Positions 11,664-21,700 of a DNA stretch of 64,000 bases are shown piece by piece; the first letter of the stretch is position 1; the number at the start of each line of letters is the position of its first letter. The notes beneath the pieces were generated by a model. That model was given only the letters and a program-made list of their open reading frames with translations. It was not told where the DNA came from and made no database searches. The position numbers were made by a program, and so were the translations under genes. This stretch comes from an uncultured Eubacteriales bacterium (GTDB taxonomy: Bacteria > Acidobacteriota > Aminicenantia > Aminicenantales > Aminicenantaceae), in the NCBI GenBank assembly GCA_964410125.1, contig CAYPGQ010000005.1:21395-85394 (forward strand). The letters are read 5' to 3'.

Positions 11664-14310
11664 ACCTATGAATTATGGGGCCTTTTTTCTTGTGTGTTTC
11701 AGCCTGTGTTTTATGACACTTTGCATGGGGAAAAAGATTCCTTCCCAAGACCGGTCCAAATTGCATTTGATGCCATGGCCCGCACACATGATCGTTGAAT
11801 CCGGAAAACTTCGTTTGAACTCCGGTTTTAGGGTCATTTGGCAAGGTTACGAGGAGCCGCGGTTGTCAAGAGCTGTGGACCGATTCGGTCACCAGTTTAA
11901 GGAGGTGACCGGTATTCCCCAATCTTCGATGATCGAGCCGGATGAAGCTGCCTTTTCTCTTGCCATTCACTGCGAGGGACCTGGTGAAGATGTCCAATCC
12001 ATAAGAGAAGAGGAGTCCTACACCCTTCGTGTAAGCTTCTCTGAGGTCGTTTTAAAAGCACCCACGCCGGTCGGTGTTTTGAGAGGGCTGGTGACACTTT
12101 TTCAACTCATCGAAAAGGGTAATGAGGGCTATTATATTCCGGCTGTCTGGATACAGGATGAGCCTCGTTTTCCATGGAGAGGATTACTGATCGATGTCTG
12201 CCGGCACTGGATACCGATGGAGGTTATCAAACGGAACCTGGACGGTATGGCGGCTGTGAAGCTCAATGTTTTGCACTGGCACCTCTCCGAGGATCAGGGA
12301 TTCCGTGTGGAATGCAAGAGCTTTCCCAAACTCCATGAAATGGGATCGGACGGATTATATTACACACAGAAACAGGTGCGCGAAATATTGGATTATGCCC
12401 GGGACCGCGGGATCCGGATAGTGCCAGAATTTGACATGCCCGGACACACGACAGCCTGGTTTATCGGGTATCCAGAGTTAGCCTGCACCCCCGGTCCTTT
12501 CGAGATCGGCCGTACCTGGGGAGTGCAAAATCCGTGTATGGATCCCACACGAGAAGAAACCTACATGTTCCTCGATACTTTCATCGGAGAAATGGCAGCG
12601 CTTTTTCCCGATGCCTATTTCCACATTGGCGGTGATGAGGTAAACGGAATAACTTGGGACAGCAATCCCGATATTATAGCTTTTAAAAAACAGAAGGGTA
12701 TGCAGGACAATCATGATTTGCAGGCCTATTTCAACAAAAGAATCCTGGCTATCGTTCAAAAACACGACAAAAAGATGATTGGATGGGATGAGATCTTCCA
12801 TCCTGATCTTCCCAGGGATGTGGTAGTGCACAGCTGGCGGGGTCCAAAATCGTTAGCTCAAACGGCCCGCGTGGGCTACATGGGAATCCTCTCTAATGGA
12901 TATTATATGGATTATATCCTGTCGGCCGCACATCATTATCGAGTTGATCCTCTCGGTGGCGATGCGGCTGAGCTGACAGAGGAAGAAAAGACCCGCATTT
13001 TGGGAGGAGAGGCATGCATGTGGGGAGAGTTTGTCGTGCCCGAGACAATAGATTCACGGATTTGGCCAAGAACAGCAGCAATTGCCGAGAGATTCTGGTC
13101 CCCTCAAGGTGTCAACGACGTGGAGGATATGTATCGCAGGTTAGAAAAGTTGAATTCAATACTGGATATGTTTGGGCTAAAACACCGGAATTACTATCCA
13201 GTGATGTTGAAGCGCGTGGCAGGGGAGCATCCTATTGATGCACTCAAAGTTCTGGCGGAGATCGTGGAACCGGTGAAGTATTACACACGGCCGAGAACGC
13301 GTGCTTATACCCAAATGACACCTCTCAATCGGTTGGTGGATGCGGCTCGTCCTGAAAGCCATAAGGGACGAAAGTTTGCAAACATGGTGGAGAAATTTCT
13401 GGCTGATACTCCAAGCTACAAAGTCAAAAACAAAACGATCCAAGAGTGGTTGGTCGAATGGCGAAACAACCATGAGGTCTTAAAACCAGTATTGGAAGAT
13501 TCCCCTTTGCTGGAAGAGATCATCCCACTCTCAGAGGATGTGGCTGCTCTAGCAGATGCCGGACTCCAGGCTATGGATTATCTGGAGGAAGGTCAGCAAG
13601 CGCCTCTCTCCTGGCTGGATGACGTGGTATCCTTATTGAGCCGTCCGAAAAAACCAGAGTACGAGCTTGTTGTTAAAATTGTGCCGGCCATCCAAGATCT
13701 GGTCCATGCTGTCCGGCCTCCATTGGTCAATGAAGACTTCGAGGATGGGGAGGCTCAGGGTTGGGAGCCGAATATTCCGGGAAACTGGAAAGTCGGCGGG
13801 GAATCGGGGACCCATTGCTACCAGCTTCAAGATCCAGGAACTCAGGGAAAGGTGAGAGCCCCCACATCGTGGTCTGTACTGAAAGATTTTGATATTTCCT
13901 GTTTTATTTTTACCGGGCGTCTCAGATGTAAAGCGGGTAGAGATAATCCGCATAGAGATATGGTCGTCATCTTTCATTACCAAGATCCCACGCATTTTTA
14001 TTATGTCCACTTCTCGGCCGTCAGTGATGAGGCCCACAATATAATCGGCCTTGTGAATGGCAAAGACCGGGTGAAGATCAATCATGAACCGCCAGGAGAA
14101 TCTGTCGCCAGACTGACAGACATGCAATTTCACGAGTTCAAAGTTACCTGTAATGCAGAGACCGGCGAAATCAAAGCATATTTGGACGACATGAGAATAC
14201 CGATCTTAACGGCGGTGGACACGACGTTAGGACATGGGTTGGTTGGATTGGGATCGTTCGATGACATCGGGAGTTTTGACGACATCAAGCTTTGGGGAAA
14301 AAAGGAGTAA
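11653..14310 (+). CDS. Secreted GH20 beta-N-acetylhexosaminidase with a C-terminal accessory domain
   Basis: Signal peptide. GH20 catalytic motifs LHWHLSEDQGFRVE and HIGGDEV. An extra C-terminal domain of about 250 aa follows. Confidence 0.8.
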   Translation: MMYKPMNYGAFFLVCFSLCFMTLCMGKKIPSQDRSKLHLMPWPAHMIVESGKLRLNSGFRVIWQGYEEPRLSRAVDRFGHQFKEVTGIPQSSMIEPDEAAFSLAIHCEGPGEDVQSIREEESYTLRVSFSEVVLKAPTPVGVLRGLVTLFQLIEKGNEGYYIPAVWIQDEPRFPWRGLLIDVCRHWIPMEVIKRNLDGMAAVKLNVLHWHLSEDQGFRVECKSFPKLHEMGSDGLYYTQKQVREILDYARDRGIRIVPEFDMPGHTTAWFIGYPELACTPGPFEIGRTWGVQNPCMDPTREETYMFLDTFIGEMAALFPDAYFHIGGDEVNGITWDSNPDIIAFKKQKGMQDNHDLQAYFNKRILAIVQKHDKKMIGWDEIFHPDLPRDVVVHSWRGPKSLAQTARVGYMGILSNGYYMDYILSAAHHYRVDPLGGDAAELTEEEKTRILGGEACMWGEFVVPETIDSRIWPRTAAIAERFWSPQGVNDVEDMYRRLEKLNSILDMFGLKHRNYYPVMLKRVAGEHPIDALKVLAEIVEPVKYYTRPRTRAYTQMTPLNRLVDAARPESHKGRKFANMVEKFLADTPSYKVKNKTIQEWLVEWRNNHEVLKPVLEDSPLLEEIIPLSEDVAALADAGLQAMDYLEEGQQAPLSWLDDVVSLLSRPKKPEYELVVKIVPAIQDLVHAVRPPLVNEDFEDGEAQGWEPNIPGNWKVGGESGTHCYQLQDPGTQGKVRAPTSWSVLKDFDISCFIFTGRLRCKAGRDNPHRDMVVIFHYQDPTHFYYVHFSAVSDEAHNIIGLVNGKDRVKINHEPPGESVARLTDMQFHEFKVTCNAETGEIKAYLDDMRIPILTAVDTTLGHGLVGLGSFDDIGSFDDIKLWGKKE

Positions 14311-14314
14311 TCTC

Positions 14315-15307
14315 ATGAATAGCAAACCGATCCTTAGACGCGAGTTTTTGAAAAAATGCGCAGTGGGTACCGCCGCGATAGGAATGATATCTGCAGGAAA
14401 ATTATTCTCTGGACGACCGGAATTACTCTACGATGCAAAAGGACTGCCCACGGTTATTCACGGAAAGACAGGAGCCAGGGTTCCGCGTTTAGCTGTGGGC
14501 TGCGGAAGCCGGTTTTGTGCTGTCGAGGACCCAGAGAAAAGCCAGGCGCTTCTTAACTATGCCTTGGACAGCGGATTCTATTATTGGGATACTTCCCATA
14601 ACTATGTTTACAATGGTGTTGTGAGTGAAGAGCGGCTCGGCCTTGTGCTGAAACACAGGAGGAAGGAAGTCTTTTTAGCCACCAAGGTTGGCAACCGAAC
14701 TTACGATGGAGCTATGCGTAATATCGAAGAGAGCCTAAAGCGTCTCAATACCGATCACCTGGAAATTCTCCAGATCCACAGCATCCTGTCCCTCGATGAT
14801 GTGGATAAAATAGGGGCGAAAGAAGGTGTCTTCCGTGCTGTCCAAAAAATGAAAGATGAGAAAGTCACGAAGTTCATCGGCTTTTCAGGTCATAGCAATG
14901 CCGATGCAATGGCTGCCACGGCCAAACGTTTTGATTTCGATACCATGCTGATCGCATTGAACCATTATGCGGAGAGAAAAGGGGATATGGAAAATTTTGC
15001 TATCCCTCGGGCGGCAGAGAAAAAAATGGGAATAATCGTGATGAAGGTGATCCGTCCTCGGGAAAATATCAAAGGTCTAAAAGCCGAGGATCTGATTCGA
15101 TATGCTTTGAGCCTCAAGAAACCTCACGTGGCTGTTATCGGGACGGATAGCCTGGAAGTCGTGAAAAAAAACCGGGAACTGCTGAGGAATTTTAGCTCGA
15201 TGAGTCCGGAAGAAATGGAGAAGATAAAAGGGGCCCTCGAGCCCTTTTTTGCCGGAAACGAAATGCCTTGGATGCAGCCAGGCTACACCGATGGGATAAG
15301 CATTTGA
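14315..15307 (+). CDS. Aldo/keto reductase with a Tat-type signal peptide
   Basis: ATG at 14315 preceded by aaaggag. Twin-arginine-like N-terminus RREFLKKCAVGTAAIGM. AKR fold motifs are present. The listed upstream start at 14234 overlaps the GH20 gene and is unlikely. Confidence 0.7.
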   Translation: MNSKPILRREFLKKCAVGTAAIGMISAGKLFSGRPELLYDAKGLPTVIHGKTGARVPRLAVGCGSRFCAVEDPEKSQALLNYALDSGFYYWDTSHNYVYNGVVSEERLGLVLKHRRKEVFLATKVGNRTYDGAMRNIEESLKRLNTDHLEILQIHSILSLDDVDKIGAKEGVFRAVQKMKDEKVTKFIGFSGHSNADAMAATAKRFDFDTMLIALNHYAERKGDMENFAIPRAAEKKMGIIVMKVIRPRENIKGLKAEDLIRYALSLKKPHVAVIGTDSLEVVKKNRELLRNFSSMSPEEMEKIKGALEPFFAGNEMPWMQPGYTDGISI

Positions 15308-16416
15308 GGGAGAATTTCATAAGCCGTCTGTCCTCCCTGGATGCATTCCGTGGCATTACCATTGCAGGTATGATACTGGTAAACAATCCAGGGAGCTGGC
15401 AGCATGTGTACTCGCCCCTTCGTCATGCCGAGTGGCACGGCTGGACACTCACTGATCTTATTTTCCCTTTTTTCCTGTTCATTGTCGGCGTTTCCGTTTC
15501 TCTTGCTCTTTCGAAAAGAATGGAGAGAGCGGACAGCCCTTTTTCTCTATACACAAAGATATTCCGAAGAAGCCTCATCATTTTTGCTCTCGGGATTGCG
15601 CTTCATTTGCTATTTCGGTTTGATTTTGTGCACCTCCGGATTCCGGGCGTCCTGCAACGCATTGCCATCTGCTATCTTGTCTCGGCACTGATTTTTTCGA
15701 AGGTGGGGATCAAAGGTAGAGTCGCGATCATTTTTTTTCTTCTGATCGGCTATTATTGGGTGATGAAACTTATTCCTGTACCAGGATATGGAGCAGGAGT
15801 GTGGGATTATCAGGGAAACCTCTGCGGGCATATCGATACAAAACTTCTGGGAGGACACCTGTACAAACTCCAATTCGACCCGGAAGGGATCCTCAGCACT
15901 TTTCCTGCCATTGCAACCACTTTGTTTGGAACCCTTGCAGGGGACTGGCTCCGAACCTCTAAAAATGTGCTCCAGAAATCGGGAGCGCTTATAGCTGTTG
16001 GGATCATGCTGACAGTTTCCGGGCTGCTTCTTCATCCGCTTTTTCCAATAAATAAACAGCTATGGACAAGCTCTTATGTCCTTTTTGCAGCCGGAGCGGC
16101 TTTGATTCTTTTAGGGTTATGTTTGGGGCTGATGGACGGTTTTGGGGCGAAAAAATGGGCTTATCCCCTTCTTGTTCTGGGCACAAATGCGATATTTGTT
16201 TATGTTGCTTCAACGGTTATGGTGAAGTTGCTGCTTGTGATAAAGGTTTCGACGAACAAAGGGGCAATCGCTCTCTATGCATACATCTACAATCATCTGT
16301 TGGTGCCGTTGGCTGGCCATCTTAACGGGTCCCTTCTTTTTCCTTTCTTGCTCCTTTCCCTCTGGGTTCTTATCATGATTCCTTTATACCGAAAAAAAAT
16401 ATTTATCAAAATTTAG
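15268..16416 (+). CDS. Heparan-alpha-glucosaminide N-acetyltransferase-like (DUF1624) membrane acyltransferase
   Basis: Conserved N-terminal SLDAFRG...MILVNNPG signature followed by multiple TM helices. The start is ambiguous: ATG at 15268 overlaps the AKR gene, and there is an alternative TTG at 15304. Confidence 0.6.
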   Translation: MDAARLHRWDKHLRENFISRLSSLDAFRGITIAGMILVNNPGSWQHVYSPLRHAEWHGWTLTDLIFPFFLFIVGVSVSLALSKRMERADSPFSLYTKIFRRSLIIFALGIALHLLFRFDFVHLRIPGVLQRIAICYLVSALIFSKVGIKGRVAIIFFLLIGYYWVMKLIPVPGYGAGVWDYQGNLCGHIDTKLLGGHLYKLQFDPEGILSTFPAIATTLFGTLAGDWLRTSKNVLQKSGALIAVGIMLTVSGLLLHPLFPINKQLWTSSYVLFAAGAALILLGLCLGLMDGFGAKKWAYPLLVLGTNAIFVYVASTVMVKLLLVIKVSTNKGAIALYAYIYNHLLVPLAGHLNGSLLFPFLLLSLWVLIMIPLYRKKIFIKI

Positions 16417-16431
16417 CCTGAATTATTTACG
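16417..16431. repeat. Short copy of the repeat-family terminal motif (CCTGAATTATTTACG)
   Basis: Lies directly after the stop of the HGSNAT-like gene. Related solo copies occur at 25122..25136, 25324..25334 (inverted), 30949..30963 and 63538..63552. Confidence 0.4.
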
Positions 16432-16638
16432 AGTTTAGACCCTCTACGTTCGACCATCACAGTACTCTCGCGGGTGGGCCGGATTGGTTCGCCAATTCCG
16501 AATTTTAAAGAGGTGATCCAGGAGCCCGGTGAAGATGGAACCGGACCCGACAAAGTCGGCTTCCCTCGAAGGACGATTCGTGAATGCTAGATCCTCAATG
16601 GTGCTCCGGACATGCCTGATGGGAGAGAACCGTTCAGG

Positions 16639-16782
16639 CTAATCTTGGTCGGGCGGTTTCGTGAGGTCGCGGAGCATGTCCACGATATTGCTTGCGCCTC
16701 CGATTATGACGATAATCACCAGCAGAGAGTAGCCTGAAAGAGTAAAAATTAGAACAGCTTTCCATAACAGTTCCCAATTCAT
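16639..16782 (-). CDS. Small (47 aa) hydrophobic protein translationally coupled to the symporter
   Basis: Its ATG overlaps the symporter stop as ATGA. It encodes MNWELLWKAVLIFTLSGYSLLVIIVIIGGASNIVDMLRDLTKPPDQD with one TM helix. It is below the 60-aa cutoff of the ORF track. Confidence 0.35.
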   Translation of the reverse strand: MNWELLWKAVLIFTLSGYSLLVIIVIIGGASNIVDMLRDLTKPPDQD

Positions 16783-18296
16783 CTCTTTACCTCCACTAGT
16801 TTGGTTTTATCGGGGAATATCAGGGATCCGAGGATCATCCCAAGGAATGCGATCAAGAATGTCATAACACCGATAAACTTATCGCTCAGGTAGAAGGGCA
16901 CGTTTTCCCCCGTTGTCCAAGGCCCGATTCCCAGGATGGCCAACAGGCCGGCATACAGCGCGATTTTTGCTCCGGTTTTGCTGGCTTTTTTCCAGTACAA
17001 ACCTGCAGTCACGACGGTAAAAGCACCCGCCAGGTAAATGGTGCCGGTGACTGCCATGTAATTCCAGAGAGATACGGGTGCTTCGAACCACAACCCCCAA
17101 ATAAGCAAAAAGATGCCAATAGCAACGATACAAATGCGTGTGATCAGGAGGCGGCTTTTGTCCGATAGGTTGTCTTTTTTCAAGGGAGCGACGATGTCCT
17201 GAGTGATCACAGAGCTCCAGCTGAGCAGGTAACTGTCATGGGTGGACATAAAAGCCGCAAACATGCCGGCCGCAATCAGTCCCAAAAAGCCGCTGGGAAG
17301 TACTTTTGCTATAAAGATAGGCATGCCGAATTGGCTGTTCAGGGCATCTGGTCCTTGAAAGGCCGCCAATAGCTTGGGTGATTGGGAGATGAAGATGAAA
17401 GCGCAAATGCCCCAGAGCATCGGGATGACCCGGCGGGCCAGATAAGAAACAGAGCTCCAAGCGTAGAGTTGTTTAGCCACTTTAGGTGTTTTGGCTGACA
17501 GGGCTCGGAGGGTCCCGGACTGCCAGAGAGCTCCGGCCGAAAAGGTAAGGATAACCATAAAAATCACATACAGGCTTCCAAATCCTGATCCTTCACTGAT
17601 GGGATTGAACCAAGATGCGCTGTCGACCGAAGGCGGCGCTTTGAAGAGATTTGCCCAGCCAACCTTGGAAATGGCGAACCAAGATCCGATGAGCATCCCT
17701 ATGGACAAGACGACGAATTGCATGAAATCGTTCAGAACCACAGAGACCATTCCGCCCAAAACCGTATAGACAAGCACCATAATCAACATGGCAGACATAA
17801 AAAGCTTCAATCCCGCCGGGTTGCTGTATCCGGTAACACCCATCATGAACCTGGCGCCTGCCTGAAGAAATAGACCCATGTTCAAGATCCCTCCCAACGC
17901 CAGGATGATACCCCCAACGATCCTCACATTTCTCCCAAAACGCATCTCATAAAACTCCGGGATGGTCATAACCCGCAGCTGCCGTAGCTTATAAACGATA
18001 AAACCCGTCAGTCCTATGGCCAGGATACAGAAGGTTTCGATGATCCCCACATGGAAGGCCGAAAGGCCGTGTTTAAATCCCAGCTCGGCGTTGTACATGA
18101 CAGTTACAAGCCCCAGCTCTGTTCCCGTAAGGGTTGCGATGGCTATGAAAAGCTTGAGCGAGCGGCCTGCCAGGATAAAATCACTCAATTGCCGGATGTA
18201 TTTTTTGACGATTATCCCGATCACGACAGGGATACAGATATAAACGCAGACGATCACCCAGTCGAGTGTTTTGAAATTTGTGGCAAAAACATCCAT
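16779..18296 (-). CDS. Sodium:solute symporter family (SSS) transporter
   Basis: 505-aa polytopic membrane protein with SSF-like topology and motifs. Confidence 0.75.
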   Translation of the reverse strand: MDVFATNFKTLDWVIVCVYICIPVVIGIIVKKYIRQLSDFILAGRSLKLFIAIATLTGTELGLVTVMYNAELGFKHGLSAFHVGIIETFCILAIGLTGFIVYKLRQLRVMTIPEFYEMRFGRNVRIVGGIILALGGILNMGLFLQAGARFMMGVTGYSNPAGLKLFMSAMLIMVLVYTVLGGMVSVVLNDFMQFVVLSIGMLIGSWFAISKVGWANLFKAPPSVDSASWFNPISEGSGFGSLYVIFMVILTFSAGALWQSGTLRALSAKTPKVAKQLYAWSSVSYLARRVIPMLWGICAFIFISQSPKLLAAFQGPDALNSQFGMPIFIAKVLPSGFLGLIAAGMFAAFMSTHDSYLLSWSSVITQDIVAPLKKDNLSDKSRLLITRICIVAIGIFLLIWGLWFEAPVSLWNYMAVTGTIYLAGAFTVVTAGLYWKKASKTGAKIALYAGLLAILGIGPWTTGENVPFYLSDKFIGVMTFLIAFLGMILGSLIFPDKTKLVEVKR

Positions 18297-18722
18297 CTAT
18301 ACAGGCCTCCTCTTATTAGTCTTCCCAAATCTTTCTGATCCAGGGAATAGTGGCTTTGAATGGTTAAGAAAAGTATCAAAATAAAAAATAAAAACCATAT
18401 CTTGGATAATATCATTGTTTTCATAATCGCAGGCAACAGCAGAATTTTACAACAACGGACTCTTTTTTCAAATGAATTTTTGAGGACAGATGACCTGTAA
18501 TCGATACACACTCCAAGTTCTTGCTTCCTGAAAAAGGGAGAGGGTAGTTTGGCATGTTTTTTGCTTGTTCATCTAAAGTTAAATTGTCGACATTGAATGA
18601 CCGGATGGAATAGATTAACATATTTGTATTGTCTAATAAGTATTGCAACTTTTTTGCGACAATAAAAGTTATTAAACATGTAGGATTTATAGGGAATAGG
18701 ACAACGTAAACTTTGGAGGAAA

Positions 18723-21700
18723 ATGATGTTTGCTTGTTACATTAAAAGGTATTTATTGATATTCACAATTATCTATATAGGAACCGTGTCTGCGGCCTCT
18801 CTTGTTCATGCCCAATATTTTGGACGAAACAAGGTGCAGTATGACAAATTCGATTTCAAAATTCTGAAGACACAACACTTCGATGTTTATTTTTATCCTG
18901 AGATGGAAGAATCGGCTCAACTGTCCGCTCGGATGGCTGAGCGTTGGTATGCTCGTCTCTCACGGATTTTTAACCATAAGCTCAAAGGCCGCCAACCCCT
19001 GATCTTATACGCTAGCTCTTCCCACTTCCAGCAAACGACCACTATCTCTGGGGCCATCGGGGAAGGAACAGGAGGAGTGACCGAGTCTTTTAAAAGACGT
19101 ATCATTCTTCCGGTTGGAGGCTCCCTAGCAGCAACCGATCGCGTGATCGGTCATGAGCTTGTCCATGCTTTCCAGTATGATCTCACTTCCCAAAATCGTT
19201 CGAGTTATGCTGGAGCTAGTTCAGGGCTAGCGCGTATTCCGTTGTGGTTTATTGAAGGTCTGGCCGAATACCTGTCCATCGGTTCGATCGATCCCAACAC
19301 AGCCATGTGGATGCGGGATGTGACGCAGAGGAAGGAACTTCCCACCATTAAAAAAATGGACGATCCTTACAAGTATTTTCCCTACAGGTATGGTCAGTCA
19401 CTCTGGGCCTACATCACTGGGAAGTATGGGGATGAAGCAGTGGCATCCTTGATGAAACAAGTGAGCCGCGTCGGAGAGCTGGAGTCTGCAATGCAAAAGG
19501 TTTTGAATGTGAACTTCGAGCAGTTGACAAAGGAATGGCACCAGGCCATGAATGAAACATATAATCCGATCGCAGAGAAAACCCGGCTTGTCGAAAAAAA
19601 TAGCCGTCCTCTTTTTAAGGCAACAAAGGAAAATAGACTGAATGTTTCGCCTACTCTCAGCCCGGATGGAAGCCAGATCGTTTTCCTTTCAAGCCGAGAT
19701 CTGTTTTCGATCGATATGTATTTGGCCGATGCAAAGACGGGAAAAATCATTCGCCGATTGGTAAAAACAGCTACAGACCCGCATTTTGATAGTTTGCAGT
19801 TCCTGAATTCCTCTGGCTCTTGGGATTCCAAGGGAGAGCGGTTCGTTTTTGGCGGTATAACCAAAAGTGAGCCTGTTCTTGTCGTAGTCAACACAAAAAC
19901 CGGCAAAAGAGAGAAAGAGGTCGTTTTCAAGGAATTGGGGGAGATATTGAACCCGACCTGGTCTCCGGATGGGCGTTTCGTCGCCTTTTCTGCTCTTGAT
20001 GGCGGCTTGTCGGATATTTTTTTGTTAGACCTTGAAACCGAAGAGTTGAAAAAGCTGACAGACGATCCCTTTTCCGACCTGTATCCTTCTTGGTCTCCAG
20101 ATGGCCGCACCATTGCCTTTGTCACAGACCGCTTTTCCAGTGACCTCTCGATCCTTAACATCGGGGACTTTCAGATGGCCTTGTTGGATCCCGACACGGG
20201 CGATATCGAGAAGATCCGAGGATTTCTCGGGGCGAAAAATATCAATCCTCAGTGGGCTCCTGATTCGAAAAGCCTTTTCTTTATGTCCGATCGTAATGGC
20301 ATTTCCAATGTGTACAGAGTCGATCTTGTCAGCGAGGAAATATCCCAGGTAACAAATCTCTTCACAGGTGTAAGCGGCATCATGGCCCAAAGTCCCGCCA
20401 TTTCGATTGCGCAAGAGACCGGCCAGATGGCTTTCAGCGTCTATTCGGAGAATAATTACAGCATCTACGCCATCGATTCTTATGAACTCCTTTCCGGGGA
20501 AGAGCCTAATGGTGATTTTGGAGAGATCTTGCCGTCCCTGCTCCCGCCAAGAAAAAAAGGTGAAGGAGAGGTGATCGCTCTCCTCAACAACCCGCTGTAT
20601 GGACTACCTGAAGAAGCCGATTTTGAAATTTCCGATTACAAGCCGAAACTGGCTCTGGATTATGTCAGTCCTGGCCAGATGGCTGTGGGTACAGACCGAT
20701 TCGGGATGTATGCTGGTGGGGGGATCATGCTGAATTTCAGCGACATGCTCGGCTATCACAACTTGTTCACCATGGCGCAGGTCAACAGCCGAGTCGAAGA
20801 TTCGACTCTGTTGGCTGGGTACCAGAACACGAGGAGCAGATTGAACTGGGGAGCTGTTGTGCAGCGGATTCCTTATGTGTATGGCGGGGTTTCTATGGGA
20901 TATGGGGACTTTTTGGGACAGACGGCTCTTCTCGAACAGGAATACATCTTTCGCCAGGTCAATTATCAAGCATCGATTTTTGCCTTCTATCCTTTCAATA
21001 AATCCCGCCGATTCGAACTGTCTGCGGGCTACCGGTTGATCGATTATCAACAAGAAGTCCGCACGCGGGCTTACACGATCGATGGGTTCTTTTTGGACCG
21101 AATCAAGCAGGAATTGGATGCTCCGGATAGTCTGTATTACGGATTTTTCACGGCAGCTTTTGTGTATGACAGCTCCTTCTTTGGTGCTACGGCACCAATC
21201 CTTGGGCAGAGCTACCGTATCGAATTTACGCCCTATTTTGGAGGCAATCTTAATTTCTCTTCTCTGCTCGCCGATTACCGGCGCTACCTTATGCCCGTAA
21301 GGCCGTTCACGCTGGCTTTCCGTATTATGCATTATGGTCGTTATGGGAATAACGCCACAGACGAGCGTTTTTATCCCTTGTTTTTAGGTTATGAAACTCT
21401 GCTCCGGGGATACAATTCATCCTCGTTCGGTTTCGACGAAAATGACGTTTATGCGCAGCTGTTCGGAAACAAGCTGATGATAGCCAATGTAGAACTTCGT
21501 TTCCCGCTTTTTGGGGTTCTTGGTTTAGGAAGAGGATATTACGGTATCCTTCCGGTGGATTTTGTGGCCTTTTACGATGCCGGGATAGCTTGGGGGTATG
21601 AAGTCGAAGGTGACGCCGAGAGTAAACCCTTCTTTTTGGGCGGCAATCGCAGACCACTTTCGAGTGTCGGCATAGGACTCAGGATGAACTTGATGGGATT

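Noticed and set aside
14234-14314. The upstream start (14234) given in the ORF track for the aldo/keto reductase.
   Set aside because: It would overlap the GH20 gene by about 80 nt. The ATG at 14315 has a good RBS and begins the Tat-like signal peptide.
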